DNA from: an uncultured Acidimicrobiia bacterium
GTDB taxonomy: Bacteria; Actinomycetota; Acidimicrobiia; Spongiisociales; ZC4RG35
Assembly: GCA_963761985.1 (NCBI GenBank)
Contig: CAVXIT010000003.1
Coordinates: 280,342 to 344,341, forward strand
DNA length: 64,000 nucleotides
Direction: 5' to 3'
Position 1 is the stretch's first letter; the number at the start of each line of letters is the position of its first letter. A model generated the notes under the pieces. That model ran no database searches and was not told where the DNA came from. It saw nothing but the letters and a program-made list of their open reading frames with translations. Positions 29,504-39,592 of this stretch are shown piece after piece. Both the position numbers and the translations under genes were made by a program.

Positions 29504-30283
29504 ATGGATGTACGCCTCGACGGAAAAGTCGCCATCGTCACCGGGGCCAGCCGGGGAATTGGCGAAGCCACTGCCCGGTTGATGCTCGAGTCGGGTGCCG
29601 AGGGCGTGACCATCACCAGTCGCAAGCCGGACAACCTCGACCAGGCGGTCAAGGAACTCGTCGGCGCCGGCGTCGCCGAAGATCGGCTGTATGCGATCGC
29701 GGCGCGGGCGGACGATCCCGAGGATGCCAAACGAGCGGTTGCCGCGACGATCGAGCGCTTCGGCTCTTGCGACATCCTCGTCAACAACGCCGGTACCAAC
29801 CCCGCTCCGGGACCGCTCGTCACCGTCGATCTCGGCGCGGTCGACAAGACCTGGGCCGTAAATCAACGGGGACCGCTGATTTGGTGCCAGCAAGTGGTGA
29901 CGCAATGGATGGCTGATCACGGTGGCGCCATCATCAACGTTGCTTCGGTTGGCGGCCTGCGGCCTGCTCCCATCCTGGGGGCATACAACATTTCCAAAGC
30001 CGCCCTGGCCTACATGACCCAGCAGCTCGCATTCGAACTCGCACCGGTGGTTCGGGTCAACGCAGTTGCTCCCGGAGTGGTCAAGACTCGACTGGCCGGA
30101 TCGCTCTGGGAGGGTCGAGAAGCGGAGGCCGGTCAGGCGCATCCGTTGGGGCGAATCGGCGTTCCAGATGACATCGCCCGGGCGATTGTTTTTCTTGCCT
30201 CCGATGCCGCCAGCTGGATTACCGGGGTCGTGCTGCCGGTTGATGGTGGAGTGATCGGCGCCGGCGCTACCTCGATTTCATGA
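29504..30283 (+). CDS. SDR family oxidoreductase
   Basis: TGASRGIG, NNAG, YNISK and RVNAVAPG motifs. Confidence 0.93.
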   Translation: MDVRLDGKVAIVTGASRGIGEATARLMLESGAEGVTITSRKPDNLDQAVKELVGAGVAEDRLYAIAARADDPEDAKRAVAATIERFGSCDILVNNAGTNPAPGPLVTVDLGAVDKTWAVNQRGPLIWCQQVVTQWMADHGGAIINVASVGGLRPAPILGAYNISKAALAYMTQQLAFELAPVVRVNAVAPGVVKTRLAGSLWEGREAEAGQAHPLGRIGVPDDIARAIVFLASDAASWITGVVLPVDGGVIGAGATSIS

Positions 30284-31395
30284 CGCATCCCGCCCCTGAT
30301 CGCGAGCTGGCGCTGGCCTATCTCGACAGTCGCCTCGACCCTGCCCCTCTTTTCGCACACGCGACCGCGCTGCGCGACGCCGGTAAGGGCCGGACGATCA
30401 CCTACAGCCGGAAAGTGTTTCTTCCGCTCACCACCCTTTGTCGCGACCGCTGCACGTACTGCACCTTTGCGCAGCCGCCGGGAGGCGGGGGGATGTATCT
30501 CACTCCTGAGGAAGTACTGGCGGTGGCAACGGCAGGAGCCGAGCATGGATGCACGGAGGCACTCTTCACGCTGGGTGACCGGCCCGAGGATCGCTGGAGG
30601 CAGGCTCGCGAGTTTCTTGATGAGGCCGGCTACGAGTCGACGATCGACTACGTCGTGGCGATGAGCCAGATGGTGCTCGAACAAACCGGTTTGTTTCCTC
30701 ACGCAAATCCCGGGCTCATGTCAATCGAGGAGATGGCGGCGCTGCGTCCATACAACCCGTCGATGGGGTTGATGCTCGAGAACGTTTCACCGCGATTGCT
30801 TGAACCGGGAATGCCGCATTTCAACTGTCCCGACAAAGATCCTGCGCTCCGGCTCGCGACGATCGCCAATGCGGGGCAGCTCCGGGTTCCTTTCACGAGC
30901 GGGATCCTCGTCGGGATCGGAGAGACCAACGCGGAGATTGTCGATTCATTGCTCGCACTCTCGGGTGTCGAGCTGCAGGAGGTGATTGTTCAGAACTTTC
31001 GGGCGAAGGCGAACACCCCCATGCGCAGGCAAGCCGAACCGCTTCCGAGCTGGTTCGCTCGGGTCGTGGCGGTTGCGCGCTGGTTGCTCGGCCCTGAGGC
31101 AAATCTGCAGGTTCCGCCGAATCTCACTGAAAATTTCGAGCTTTACCTGGACGCAGGTATCAACGATTGGGGTGGCGTCAGTCCGCTCACTATCGACTGG
31201 GTCAATCCCGACCAGCCCTGGCCCCACCTTGATGAGCTGGCGGGGCGCACCGCTGCGGCTGGCTTCGAGCTCGTTCCCCGCCTGCCGGTCTATCCCGAGT
31301 TCATTACTCCGGAATGGATCGATGTCGATCTGCTCGAGCGCGTCGAGAGCGCGGTCGACGAGCGGGGTTACGCTGCCATCGGAACCCCGGCATGA
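30280..31395 (+). CDS. cofG: FO synthase subunit CofG
   Basis: ITYSRKVFLPLTTLCRDRCTYC, PHANPG, SMGLMLE, QVPPNL and GINDWGGVSP motifs. Confidence 0.93.
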   Translation: MTHPAPDRELALAYLDSRLDPAPLFAHATALRDAGKGRTITYSRKVFLPLTTLCRDRCTYCTFAQPPGGGGMYLTPEEVLAVATAGAEHGCTEALFTLGDRPEDRWRQAREFLDEAGYESTIDYVVAMSQMVLEQTGLFPHANPGLMSIEEMAALRPYNPSMGLMLENVSPRLLEPGMPHFNCPDKDPALRLATIANAGQLRVPFTSGILVGIGETNAEIVDSLLALSGVELQEVIVQNFRAKANTPMRRQAEPLPSWFARVVAVARWLLGPEANLQVPPNLTENFELYLDAGINDWGGVSPLTIDWVNPDQPWPHLDELAGRTAAAGFELVPRLPVYPEFITPEWIDVDLLERVESAVDERGYAAIGTPA

Positions 31396-33230
31396 AGATC
31401 ACCTTTGTTCAACTGCGTCTCGCCGACACGATGACGGCGACTCTGGCCGACACCCGCCGCCATGAAGGCACGACGGTCATTGAGCTCGGCGAGGAAGCAG
31501 CGATCGTTCCAACCCTCGAGGGCGGTCTCCTCCCGATTGGAAAGTCCCCGGCCATGGCCGCAATGGTCGTCGCCGTGGGGGAGCCGGCCGCAGTGCCGAG
31601 CTGGCGCCTGACAATCGACGCCGGGCAGGAAACGTTCGAAACGATCCTCGACGACGTTGCCCGGCGTCAGCCGGCGTTCCTGCGCAGTGGACGAAAGCGG
31701 GTCGCCGAACTGAGTCGAATTGTCAGGCTTCCCGCGATCACAACGCGCCTGTCGGTGTTCGTGGACAGCATCGAAGCCGCGCTCGAGGCTGTGGCGCAAG
31801 GAGCAGACGACCTCATTCTTCGAGATTGGGATTTCGACTTGGTCGGAGAGCTCCGCCAAACACTCGCACCTCACAATCTGGTCGAGCGGGGACCATTTCC
31901 GTTGGAGCTTTCGATCGACGTGTTGCGAGAGGAGCTGCCGGACCGCATCTTCACGACCTGGCTTCACCAGACCGATGGGACTGGAGCCATTCGGCCGCGC
32001 ACGGGTTGGGCGCCGGGTAAAGAGGAGACGCCTCCGGTGCCTCCTCGCCGGCTTTCGGCGCAATGGCTGGATTCACTCTGGGTGGACTCAGCCGGGCCGG
32101 CCGAAATCTCGGGTGCAGGTGATCTGGCCCCGGTGCTCGAACGGTCACTGGGAGGTGAGCCACCGACGAGAAATGAAATCGAGGCGCTCTTTGCCGCACG
32201 CGGGGAACAGGTCGAGGCGATCGCCTGGACCGCCGACCAGCTAAGGCAGCGAGCGGTGGGCGACACCGTCACGTACGTGATCAATCGAAATATCAACTAC
32301 ACGAACCAGTGCTACTTCCGCTGTGGGTTCTGTGCATTCTCGAAAGGGCCGCGCAGCCTCAACCTGCGAGAGGATCCGTATTTGATTCCGCTCGAGGGCA
32401 TCGTCGGATTGGCGGAGGAAGCCTGGGAGCGGGGAGCAAGCGAAGTCACACTCCAGGGTGGGATCCATCCTCAATTCACCGGCGACTTCTATGCAGAAGT
32501 GGTTGAAGGCATCAAAGCCCGGCTGCCAGAGATGCACATCCACGGGTTCACTCCACTCGAGATCTGGCAAGGAGCTGAGACACTTGGAGTTTCGGTCCGC
32601 TCGTTCCTCACCCGTCTGCGGGACGCGGGCCTCGGCAGCTTGCCCGGCACCGCGGCCGAGGTGCTTGACGACGATGTCCGCGTGCACCTCTGCCCGGACA
32701 AGATTCGCAGCTCGCAATGGGCCGAAGTGATGATTACTGCCCACGAGCTCGGCCTGCGGGCGACCGCGACATTGATGTTTGGACATATCGACTATCCGGC
32801 GGCCTGGGCGAATCATCTCGAGGTGATCCGGGAGATCCAACGGCGCACTGGAGGATTCACCGAGTTTGTCCCTCTGCCGTTCGTCCACATGGGCGCCCCG
32901 ATCTATTTGCGAGGCCAGAGCCGTCCGGGTCCGACCTGGGACGAGGTAGTGCTTGTCCATTCGGTGGCGCGTATCGCTTTCGATGGTTTGATCCCCAACA
33001 TCCAGGCCTCGTGGGTGAAGCTGGGACTCGACGGCGGGGCGCGGCTTCTGGATGCCGGCTGTAACGACCTCGGTGGAACCTTGATGGGAGAGATCATCAC
33101 CCGCTCAGCGGGAGCGGCTCATGGCCAGGAGGTCACGCCCGCGGAGTTCATCGCCACCATCGAGGGAGCGGACCGAATGCCCGCTCTTCGCAACACGACG
33201 TATCAGTTGATCACTTCAGCAATCAGGTGA
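31392..33230 (+). CDS. cofH: FO synthase subunit CofH with an extra N-terminal region of about 240 aa
   Basis: VTYVINRNINYTNQCYFRCGFCAF, SLPGTAAEVL, NIQASWVK and NDLGGTLM motifs. Confidence 0.92.
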   Translation: MKITFVQLRLADTMTATLADTRRHEGTTVIELGEEAAIVPTLEGGLLPIGKSPAMAAMVVAVGEPAAVPSWRLTIDAGQETFETILDDVARRQPAFLRSGRKRVAELSRIVRLPAITTRLSVFVDSIEAALEAVAQGADDLILRDWDFDLVGELRQTLAPHNLVERGPFPLELSIDVLREELPDRIFTTWLHQTDGTGAIRPRTGWAPGKEETPPVPPRRLSAQWLDSLWVDSAGPAEISGAGDLAPVLERSLGGEPPTRNEIEALFAARGEQVEAIAWTADQLRQRAVGDTVTYVINRNINYTNQCYFRCGFCAFSKGPRSLNLREDPYLIPLEGIVGLAEEAWERGASEVTLQGGIHPQFTGDFYAEVVEGIKARLPEMHIHGFTPLEIWQGAETLGVSVRSFLTRLRDAGLGSLPGTAAEVLDDDVRVHLCPDKIRSSQWAEVMITAHELGLRATATLMFGHIDYPAAWANHLEVIREIQRRTGGFTEFVPLPFVHMGAPIYLRGQSRPGPTWDEVVLVHSVARIAFDGLIPNIQASWVKLGLDGGARLLDAGCNDLGGTLMGEIITRSAGAAHGQEVTPAEFIATIEGADRMPALRNTTYQLITSAIR

Positions 33231-34476
33231 TCACGGCCGAGTTCAGCGGATATCCGGGACGGCCGGCGGTCAACCAATCCTCATAGGCCTCCTCGGTTGT
33301 GACGTCTCGCTTCTGAACCGAGGCCAGTACGTAGCGGTGATGAAGGATGTCGGTATAAGCCTGAATTGGATCAGCGAGATCCTTCTGGGCCGTGAGCTTG
33401 GCCATCATCGGCTCGAAGCGGTTGGCGCGCCAGCGGATCGCATTGGTGGCCTTGGTCGTAGCATCGGCTTCACCGCTGAAGAAATGAACGTCAGCCAGAA
33501 TGGCTCGGGCCTGATTCTCGAGGGCATCGATGCCGGTCAGGGACTTGAGCCGGTTGCGATGGAAGTTACGACCCCCAACTCGAACCTTGATCAACATCTC
33601 GGAGGTGTCGTCGTTGGACGGCAGGAGGTCAACTTCTTCAACGTCGAAGCCCAGCCGATTGATTCTCTCGACTCGTTCGGTGATCAGATACCGCTCGTCG
33701 GAATTGATCGTCACTGTTTCTCCGAGCTCCGCCCAAAGGTTGTGATAGCGATCGGCGATGTCGAAGCCGAGGTCGAAGTCGGCCAGATCGACATCGACTC
33801 CAGCCTCCGCGGCGATGTCGGCCATTCCTCCGGCGACGTTTTCGATCATGAGCTCGATGTCTTCCTGGCGCTTGCCATCGGTGAGCCCGTCCTCGTAGAT
33901 GCGGGCCGTTTCGGCGTCCACCATGATCGTTTCAATCGCCTCGGCGTCGAACCGGTAGAGCACGTTGGAAAGACTGCAGTCTCCCCAAAAGCAGCCGGCG
34001 ACATGCAACTCGACCAACAGGCCGGCGAAAGCGTCGAGCATCTGGTTGCGACGCAGGCCGAATCCCGGAGCGCGATCACCAGCCGTGACTTCGTTGGCGT
34101 CGTTGACCGCGGCCATGCCTCCGGCCAACAACTCGCGGTAAGAGAAGGAGAAAGGCTCGTAGGCCGTGATGAGCGCAGCCGACATCTCTTCCCCGGGGTC
34201 GTTGGTCCGTCGCTCGACGAGACCCACCGCCTCGACCGCCGGCGCCCCCACGGCCTCGAGCCCACGGAGAATCGTGTAATCGTTCTCAGCCAGCTGTGCG
34301 CTCAACTCTTTGACGACGTAGACCCCCTGCGGATAGGAGAGAAAGCGAACCTCGTGCCGGCTGATCCCCTTCGGAAGGTCGAGCATGTTGGGCAGCGTCC
34401 AATTCGGCAGCGGTCGCGACCAGGGCAGATCGAGGAAGTCAGGGTGTCCGGGACGAATCGTTAGCTGCGGCGGCAC
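33223..34476 (-). CDS. DUF4032 domain-containing protein (kinase-like fold)
   Basis: FLDLPW..PL..W, GISRHEVRF, LHVAGCFWGDCSLSNVLYRFDA and LGFDVEE motifs. Confidence 0.88.
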   Translation of the reverse strand: MPPQLTIRPGHPDFLDLPWSRPLPNWTLPNMLDLPKGISRHEVRFLSYPQGVYVVKELSAQLAENDYTILRGLEAVGAPAVEAVGLVERRTNDPGEEMSAALITAYEPFSFSYRELLAGGMAAVNDANEVTAGDRAPGFGLRRNQMLDAFAGLLVELHVAGCFWGDCSLSNVLYRFDAEAIETIMVDAETARIYEDGLTDGKRQEDIELMIENVAGGMADIAAEAGVDVDLADFDLGFDIADRYHNLWAELGETVTINSDERYLITERVERINRLGFDVEEVDLLPSNDDTSEMLIKVRVGGRNFHRNRLKSLTGIDALENQARAILADVHFFSGEADATTKATNAIRWRANRFEPMMAKLTAQKDLADPIQAYTDILHHRYVLASVQKRDVTTEEAYEDWLTAGRPGYPLNSAVIT

Positions 34477-34480
34477 CTTG

Positions 34481-37400
34481 TCACGAGCCCCGGAACGCAA
34501 GACCCTTCAGGGCGGGGACAAAGCCCCACTCGGTCAGGGTCGCCCCGAATGACGATTGCGAAGCGGGGACGTTGTCGATCTCCTCGATGAGGAGTCGTCG
34601 CCTTCTGAGAGCGATTGCGGCCAGCTCGCGCGCGATCTCGCCTTCGGGTTCGGCGAAGAGATACAGCCTCCTCCCGCCGCGGTCGAGGTAGGCCAGAAGC
34701 TCACCGTTGCCCATGATGATGTAAGCGCCAGCGGTCCGCAGCAGTCGGGTCGCGGTCTCGGGCCAGGGGAGGATGGTGCCGAAGGGGTTGGCCGGGTCGG
34801 TTGCAGCCAACCCGACAACGTCTTGTTTCAGCTGACCTCGCAAACGATCGACAGCGCCGGCGAGAGCGAATTGGGCTCCCCCCAATCCTTCGACGAAGTA
34901 CCCGCGGCGAACCCGTCCGACCTCTTCCATCCGGGTGAACACGGGATAGAGCGCCGTCCAGCCACCCGGGATACCTTCGGCGGCGACGTGGGATCTCGTC
35001 ACGACTCCATAGCGGTCGAGCAGCTGTGAGGCCCAGGCGGTGGCGAACGTGGTCGGGTCGGTGGGAGTGACGCGGATCGCAGACCAGCGACCCGAGGCGT
35101 GGGCCGGGAAGGAAGAGGTAAGCGGACGGCGGCCACCGGGGCGGCGCCCGCCACGGCTCGAGACGTAGGCGCGAAGCGGCACCAGCGTGTCGTTGGTGAC
35201 AAGTCCCGCCCAGACAAGATCCCACAACGTTTCGAGCGCGGGCTCGGGATCGCCTCCGCCAGCGGCCTCGTACAGGTCGTGAAAGAAAGCGGCCCCGCCC
35301 GATCCGAGCGCGTCCAGCAGCTGTGTGTGTTGAGCCGAAAGCTCAAAGGCTGGGGTGACCGGCGAGTAGAGGGCGCCGAGCTGGGACCGTCGATAGAGGG
35401 CGACCTTGCCATCCCTGCCACCGAGCGATCCCCGTCCGACCCAGACGAGCTCACCATTGAGCATTAGGCGATCCAGCCACGGACTGGGCTCGGCGCTTCG
35501 TTGTGAGAGGAGGTCGCGCTCGAGTACCGAAGCTGCGACCTCGTAGCCCTGGAGACGCGAGACGGCGTCGGCCAGCGAATCAACGCTGCGCGGGGGTTGT
35601 GAGCTGACCCCCTGCCACTGTGGGACGAACCGGGCAAGGGCTTTCGTCTCAACCGGCTCGATCTCTTCGCGCAGGACAGCGAGGCTGCGACGTTTGATCC
35701 GGCGGAGGACTTCGGCATCAATCCACTGATGGGCTCCGAAGCCCCCGGCCAGGACTCGTTCCTGGGAGGCCAGACGCTCGAGGACCATCGTCACTACGGC
35801 CAGCGGAAGGCCGAGCGCCCCCGCGACCGACTCCGCCGTGAACGGCCCATGGGTGCGGGCATAGCGCCCGACCAGGTCGGCCAGGGGGTCGGGCACCGGC
35901 TGTAAGAACGAGCCTGGGACGTTGAGCGGAGCCGGCACCCCGAGGCCGTCTCGCAAACGGGCCACATCCTCGATCGCCGCCAAACAATCACGACCCCCCA
36001 TTCGGACCTCGATCACACGCCTCTCAGCCAGGAGTTGGGCAATGGTGTCGGGAAACGAGACGAGGTCGCAGCGAACCTCGAGATCTTGCAGGGTCAGCGG
36101 TCCAAGATCTCGCAAAAGGTCGTGGACCCCATCGATTGTCGTCGCGCGCCGTTCGGGCGTGAGATGTTGGAGCTCAACTTCGATCATGGCCAGGATCTCA
36201 GGTGAGATCAGCTCGCGCAGGTCACCTTCCCCTAGGAGGCTGCGCAACAAGTCGCGATCGAGTGTCAGCGCCGATGCCCGGCGTTCGGCCGCAGGCAGAT
36301 CGGCCTCGTAGAGAAACGCGGCGACGAAGGCGAAGAGAAGGGACGAGGCGAAAGGCGAGGCCGAGGAGGTTTCAACCTCGACGAGTCGAATCTTGCGGGA
36401 GCGGATGTCGGTCAGCACCTCGGTGAGCGAGGGCAGGTCGAAGTCTTCGGTCAGGATCTCTCGATACGTCTCGAGGATGATCGGGAAAGAGCCGAATTGG
36501 CGGGCGACCGCCAACAGGTCGGCCGCACGCCGTCGCTGCTGCCAGAGCGGAGTGCGGCTGCCGGGGCGGCGTCGGGGGAGGAGCAGAGCCCGCCCGGCAG
36601 CTTCGCGGAATCTCGCTGCAAAGAGCGCGGTGTCGGCGAGGTGCTCCTCCAACAGGGAACGCACTTCCTCCGGCTCGAGATTGAGTTCCTCGGATCCGGG
36701 AACCTCATCGGCATCAGGAAAACGGAACGCGATCCCGTCATCGGCCCATATCACGTCGACGTCCCGGCCGTAGGTCGATCGCAGTTTCTGAGTGAGTGCC
36801 ATCGCCCAGGGCGCATGCACCTTGGCCCCGAGTGGCGACAACAGCACCACTCGCCAGTCCCCGATTTCGTCGCGGAAGCGCTCGATGACAAGGGTGGTGT
36901 CACTGGGCAGGACGCCGGTCGCCTCTTTTTCCTCGGTGATGTAGCTGCTGAGGTTTTGCGCGGCCAGCTCGTCGAGTTGATATTCGGTCTGGAGCATCCG
37001 CACTGGGTCGTTATGTTCTGCGAGCTCTGTCAGAAACTGTCCGATCTTGCGGCCGGTGGCGATCGGGCGGCCCGGGGCATCGCCCTTCCAGAAGGGGACC
37101 TTGGCGGCCGGGACTCCGGGAGCAGGAACTACCTGGACCTTCTCGGGTCCAATTTCGGTCACCCGCCAGGTGGAGGTTCCGAGAACGAACACGTCCCCCA
37201 CTCTCGATTCGTACACCATTTCTTCGTCGAGCTCACCCACGCGGCTCCCGTCCGGGAGGACGACCCGAAAGAGCCCCCTGTCGGGAATAGTGCCGGCATT
37301 GGCGATCGCCAGCTGGCGCGCTCCCGGTCTCGCCGTCACGGTTCCCTCGAGGCGGTCCCAATTGACCCGCGGCCGCAAGTCCGCCAGCAAGTCAGAGGGG

Positions 37401-38821
37401 TAAAGCCCGGCGAGCATGTCGAGGGTGGCGTCGAAAACGGCCCGGGTCAGCTCCGAGTAGGGGCGGGCGCGCCGGACGAGATCGTAAAGATCGTCGGCCT
37501 GGCGAGGCGCCATGGCCACGGCCGCCACGAGCTGTTGGGACATGACGTCAAGAGGATTGCGGGGGATGATCGTCGTCTCGATTTCGCCGTCGACCATTTG
37601 CTTGCCCACCACGGTCGCAACCAGCAAATCCCCGCGGAACTTCGGAAAGATCCTCGCCCGGCTCTCGCCTCCCACCTGATGGCCGGAACGTCCCACACGT
37701 TGGAGTCCGGAAGCCACCGACACGGGGGCCTCGACCTGTATGACCAGATCGACTGAACCCATGTCGATGCCGAGCTCCAGACTTGACGTGGCGACGACGG
37801 CTTTGAGCTCGCCCCGTTTGAGAGACTCCTCGATCAAGACCCGTTGCTCGCGGGACACCGAGCCGTGATGAGCGCGAGCGAGCTCGGTACCCGCGAGCTC
37901 ATTGAGCTGGGCGCAGATCCGTTCAGCGAGCCGGCGGGAGTTGGCAAAAACGATGGTCGAGCGGTGGTTCTCGATCAATTCGAGAATCTCGGGATAAATG
38001 GCCGGCCAGATCGAAGGAACCCGTTGGACTTCGGGGTCGAGAGGGTCAGGAGCAGGGCCGGTGGGCTCGGTCATATCCTCGACGGGCACCACCACCTCGA
38101 GATCGAGTGGCCGATGGCCAGGAGCGTCCGCCACCACCACCGGCCGAGGCCGGTAGGTCCCATCGACTATGACCCCTCCCCCGAGAAACTCGGCGATGGT
38201 GGAAAGCGGCCGTTGCGTGGCTGAAAGGCCGATGCGCTGAGGCGCCACCCGGGCAATTTCCTCAAGACGTTCGAGGGAAATCGCCAGGTGGGCGCCGCGC
38301 TTTTGTCCCGCCACCGCATGGATTTCGTCGAGGATCACCCATTCGACGCTGGCCAGGACCTTGCGGGCCTCTGACGTCAGGAGGAGAAAGAGCGACTCGG
38401 GGGTGGTGATGAGGATGTCAGGCGGGTTCCGCTGCATCTTCTGTCGTTCCTGGGAGGGGGTGTCGCCTGTGCGGAGAAAGGTGGCGAGGTTGGGCAGCTC
38501 GGGTTGACCGAGGCGCAGCGCAGCGTGCCGGATCCCAGCTAGAGGTGCGCGCAGGTTCCGGTCGACGTCATAGGCGAGCGCCTTCATCGGCGATACATAA
38601 AGCACCCGGCAGCGTTCATCCTTAGGAGGACGTGGCTCGTGCAATAGGCGGTCGAGCACCCAGAGGAAAGCCGCCAGCGTCTTGCCCGATCCCGTGGGGG
38701 CATGGATCAGGGTGTGGTGCCCGTCGGCGATCGCTTTCCATCCGGATTCTTGCGCCGCAGTGGGCGCTGGAAAGGACGCCCGAAACCACGCCGTCGTGGC
38801 GGGTTGAAAGATTTGATCCAC
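34481..38821 (-). CDS. lhr: ATP-dependent helicase Lhr (full-length)
   Basis: APTGSGKTLAAF, DEIH, GLSAT, ATSSLELGIDMG, QRVGRSGH and C-terminal RRGYFVEGLGGAQF. Confidence 0.95.
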   Translation of the reverse strand: MDQIFQPATTAWFRASFPAPTAAQESGWKAIADGHHTLIHAPTGSGKTLAAFLWVLDRLLHEPRPPKDERCRVLYVSPMKALAYDVDRNLRAPLAGIRHAALRLGQPELPNLATFLRTGDTPSQERQKMQRNPPDILITTPESLFLLLTSEARKVLASVEWVILDEIHAVAGQKRGAHLAISLERLEEIARVAPQRIGLSATQRPLSTIAEFLGGGVIVDGTYRPRPVVVADAPGHRPLDLEVVVPVEDMTEPTGPAPDPLDPEVQRVPSIWPAIYPEILELIENHRSTIVFANSRRLAERICAQLNELAGTELARAHHGSVSREQRVLIEESLKRGELKAVVATSSLELGIDMGSVDLVIQVEAPVSVASGLQRVGRSGHQVGGESRARIFPKFRGDLLVATVVGKQMVDGEIETTIIPRNPLDVMSQQLVAAVAMAPRQADDLYDLVRRARPYSELTRAVFDATLDMLAGLYPSDLLADLRPRVNWDRLEGTVTARPGARQLAIANAGTIPDRGLFRVVLPDGSRVGELDEEMVYESRVGDVFVLGTSTWRVTEIGPEKVQVVPAPGVPAAKVPFWKGDAPGRPIATGRKIGQFLTELAEHNDPVRMLQTEYQLDELAAQNLSSYITEEKEATGVLPSDTTLVIERFRDEIGDWRVVLLSPLGAKVHAPWAMALTQKLRSTYGRDVDVIWADDGIAFRFPDADEVPGSEELNLEPEEVRSLLEEHLADTALFAARFREAAGRALLLPRRRPGSRTPLWQQRRRAADLLAVARQFGSFPIILETYREILTEDFDLPSLTEVLTDIRSRKIRLVEVETSSASPFASSLLFAFVAAFLYEADLPAAERRASALTLDRDLLRSLLGEGDLRELISPEILAMIEVELQHLTPERRATTIDGVHDLLRDLGPLTLQDLEVRCDLVSFPDTIAQLLAERRVIEVRMGGRDCLAAIEDVARLRDGLGVPAPLNVPGSFLQPVPDPLADLVGRYARTHGPFTAESVAGALGLPLAVVTMVLERLASQERVLAGGFGAHQWIDAEVLRRIKRRSLAVLREEIEPVETKALARFVPQWQGVSSQPPRSVDSLADAVSRLQGYEVAASVLERDLLSQRSAEPSPWLDRLMLNGELVWVGRGSLGGRDGKVALYRRSQLGALYSPVTPAFELSAQHTQLLDALGSGGAAFFHDLYEAAGGGDPEPALETLWDLVWAGLVTNDTLVPLRAYVSSRGGRRPGGRRPLTSSFPAHASGRWSAIRVTPTDPTTFATAWASQLLDRYGVVTRSHVAAEGIPGGWTALYPVFTRMEEVGRVRRGYFVEGLGGAQFALAGAVDRLRGQLKQDVVGLAATDPANPFGTILPWPETATRLLRTAGAYIIMGNGELLAYLDRGGRRLYLFAEPEGEIARELAAIALRRRRLLIEEIDNVPASQSSFGATLTEWGFVPALKGLAFRGS

Positions 38822-38830
38822 GCCCGAACC

Positions 38831-39430
38831 CTAGGTCGGGGCTAGGACTTCTTTCATCGGGGCAGGCTTCGGCGGCAGATCGCCGCGTTCAGTGATGGCC
38901 AGGAACGCCTCCACCACAATCGGGTCGAACTGGGTCCCGGAGTTGACGACGATTTCGTTGATGGCGTACTCAACCGGCAACGCCGCCTGGTAGGCGCGGT
39001 TGCTGGTGATGGCATCGAAAGCGTCGGCGACGAGGACGATCCGGCTGAGGAGAGGGATCTTTTCGCCGGCGAGGCCGAACGGGTACCCGAAGCCGTCGTA
39101 ACGCTCATGGTGATAGAGGATGGCCTCGGCGATCCGGCGGTCGAACTTTTGGGCGATCATGGCGTAACCGATTTCGGGATGGCGGCGCATATGATCCCGT
39201 TCCATGTCGTCTAGCGGTCCGGGCTTGGCGAGCACGGCAGGGTCGATGTGAATCTTGCCGACATCGTGGAGGATGCCAACGAGGGAAAGCCGCTTGACGT
39301 CTTCCGTTTCGAGATTCATCTCTTTGCCGATAGCCAAGGAAAGATCGGCGACGCGATGAACATGCCCGTAGAGGTCGTCGACCACCCCCTTCATGGCTTT
39401 GATCAAACTGTCGTCCAAGACATCTCCCAC
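38831..39430 (-). CDS. Stand-alone HD-GYP domain protein (putative cyclic dinucleotide phosphodiesterase)
   Basis: GILHDVGKI, HHERYDGFGYP, VADAFDA and GTQFDP motifs. Confidence 0.9.
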   Translation of the reverse strand: MGDVLDDSLIKAMKGVVDDLYGHVHRVADLSLAIGKEMNLETEDVKRLSLVGILHDVGKIHIDPAVLAKPGPLDDMERDHMRRHPEIGYAMIAQKFDRRIAEAILYHHERYDGFGYPFGLAGEKIPLLSRIVLVADAFDAITSNRAYQAALPVEYAINEIVVNSGTQFDPIVVEAFLAITERGDLPPKPAPMKEVLAPT

Positions 39431-39539
39431 TGGATAAATCCGAGAATCGAAAGGTTGCCCTAGCTAGCCAGCGCGGGCTATGGGTCTACGGTATCACCAC
39501 CCTAGGTGACTAGACACCACCCTGGGTTGCCGGTCAAGG

Positions 39540-39592
39540 TGAAACCGCGGGCAAAATACCGTGAAATCCACGGTGCAGAGCCTTAGGTTTCG
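39540..39592. repeat. Palindromic REP-like element, copy 2
   Basis: GAAACCGCGGGC ... GCCTTAGGTTTCG ends with an inner ACCGTG-AAATC-CACGGT hairpin. It shares CGAAACCTAAGGC and CCGTGGWTTTCACGG with copy 1. Confidence 0.7.

Noticed and set aside
39455-39590. Possible c-di-GMP-I riboswitch upstream of the HD-GYP gene (GGGCAAA..GAAA, GGGTCTA..GGTTGCC fragments)
   Set aside because: The fragments are on the wrong strand and in the wrong order, GACGCAAA is missing, and part of the region is explained by the palindromic repeat.
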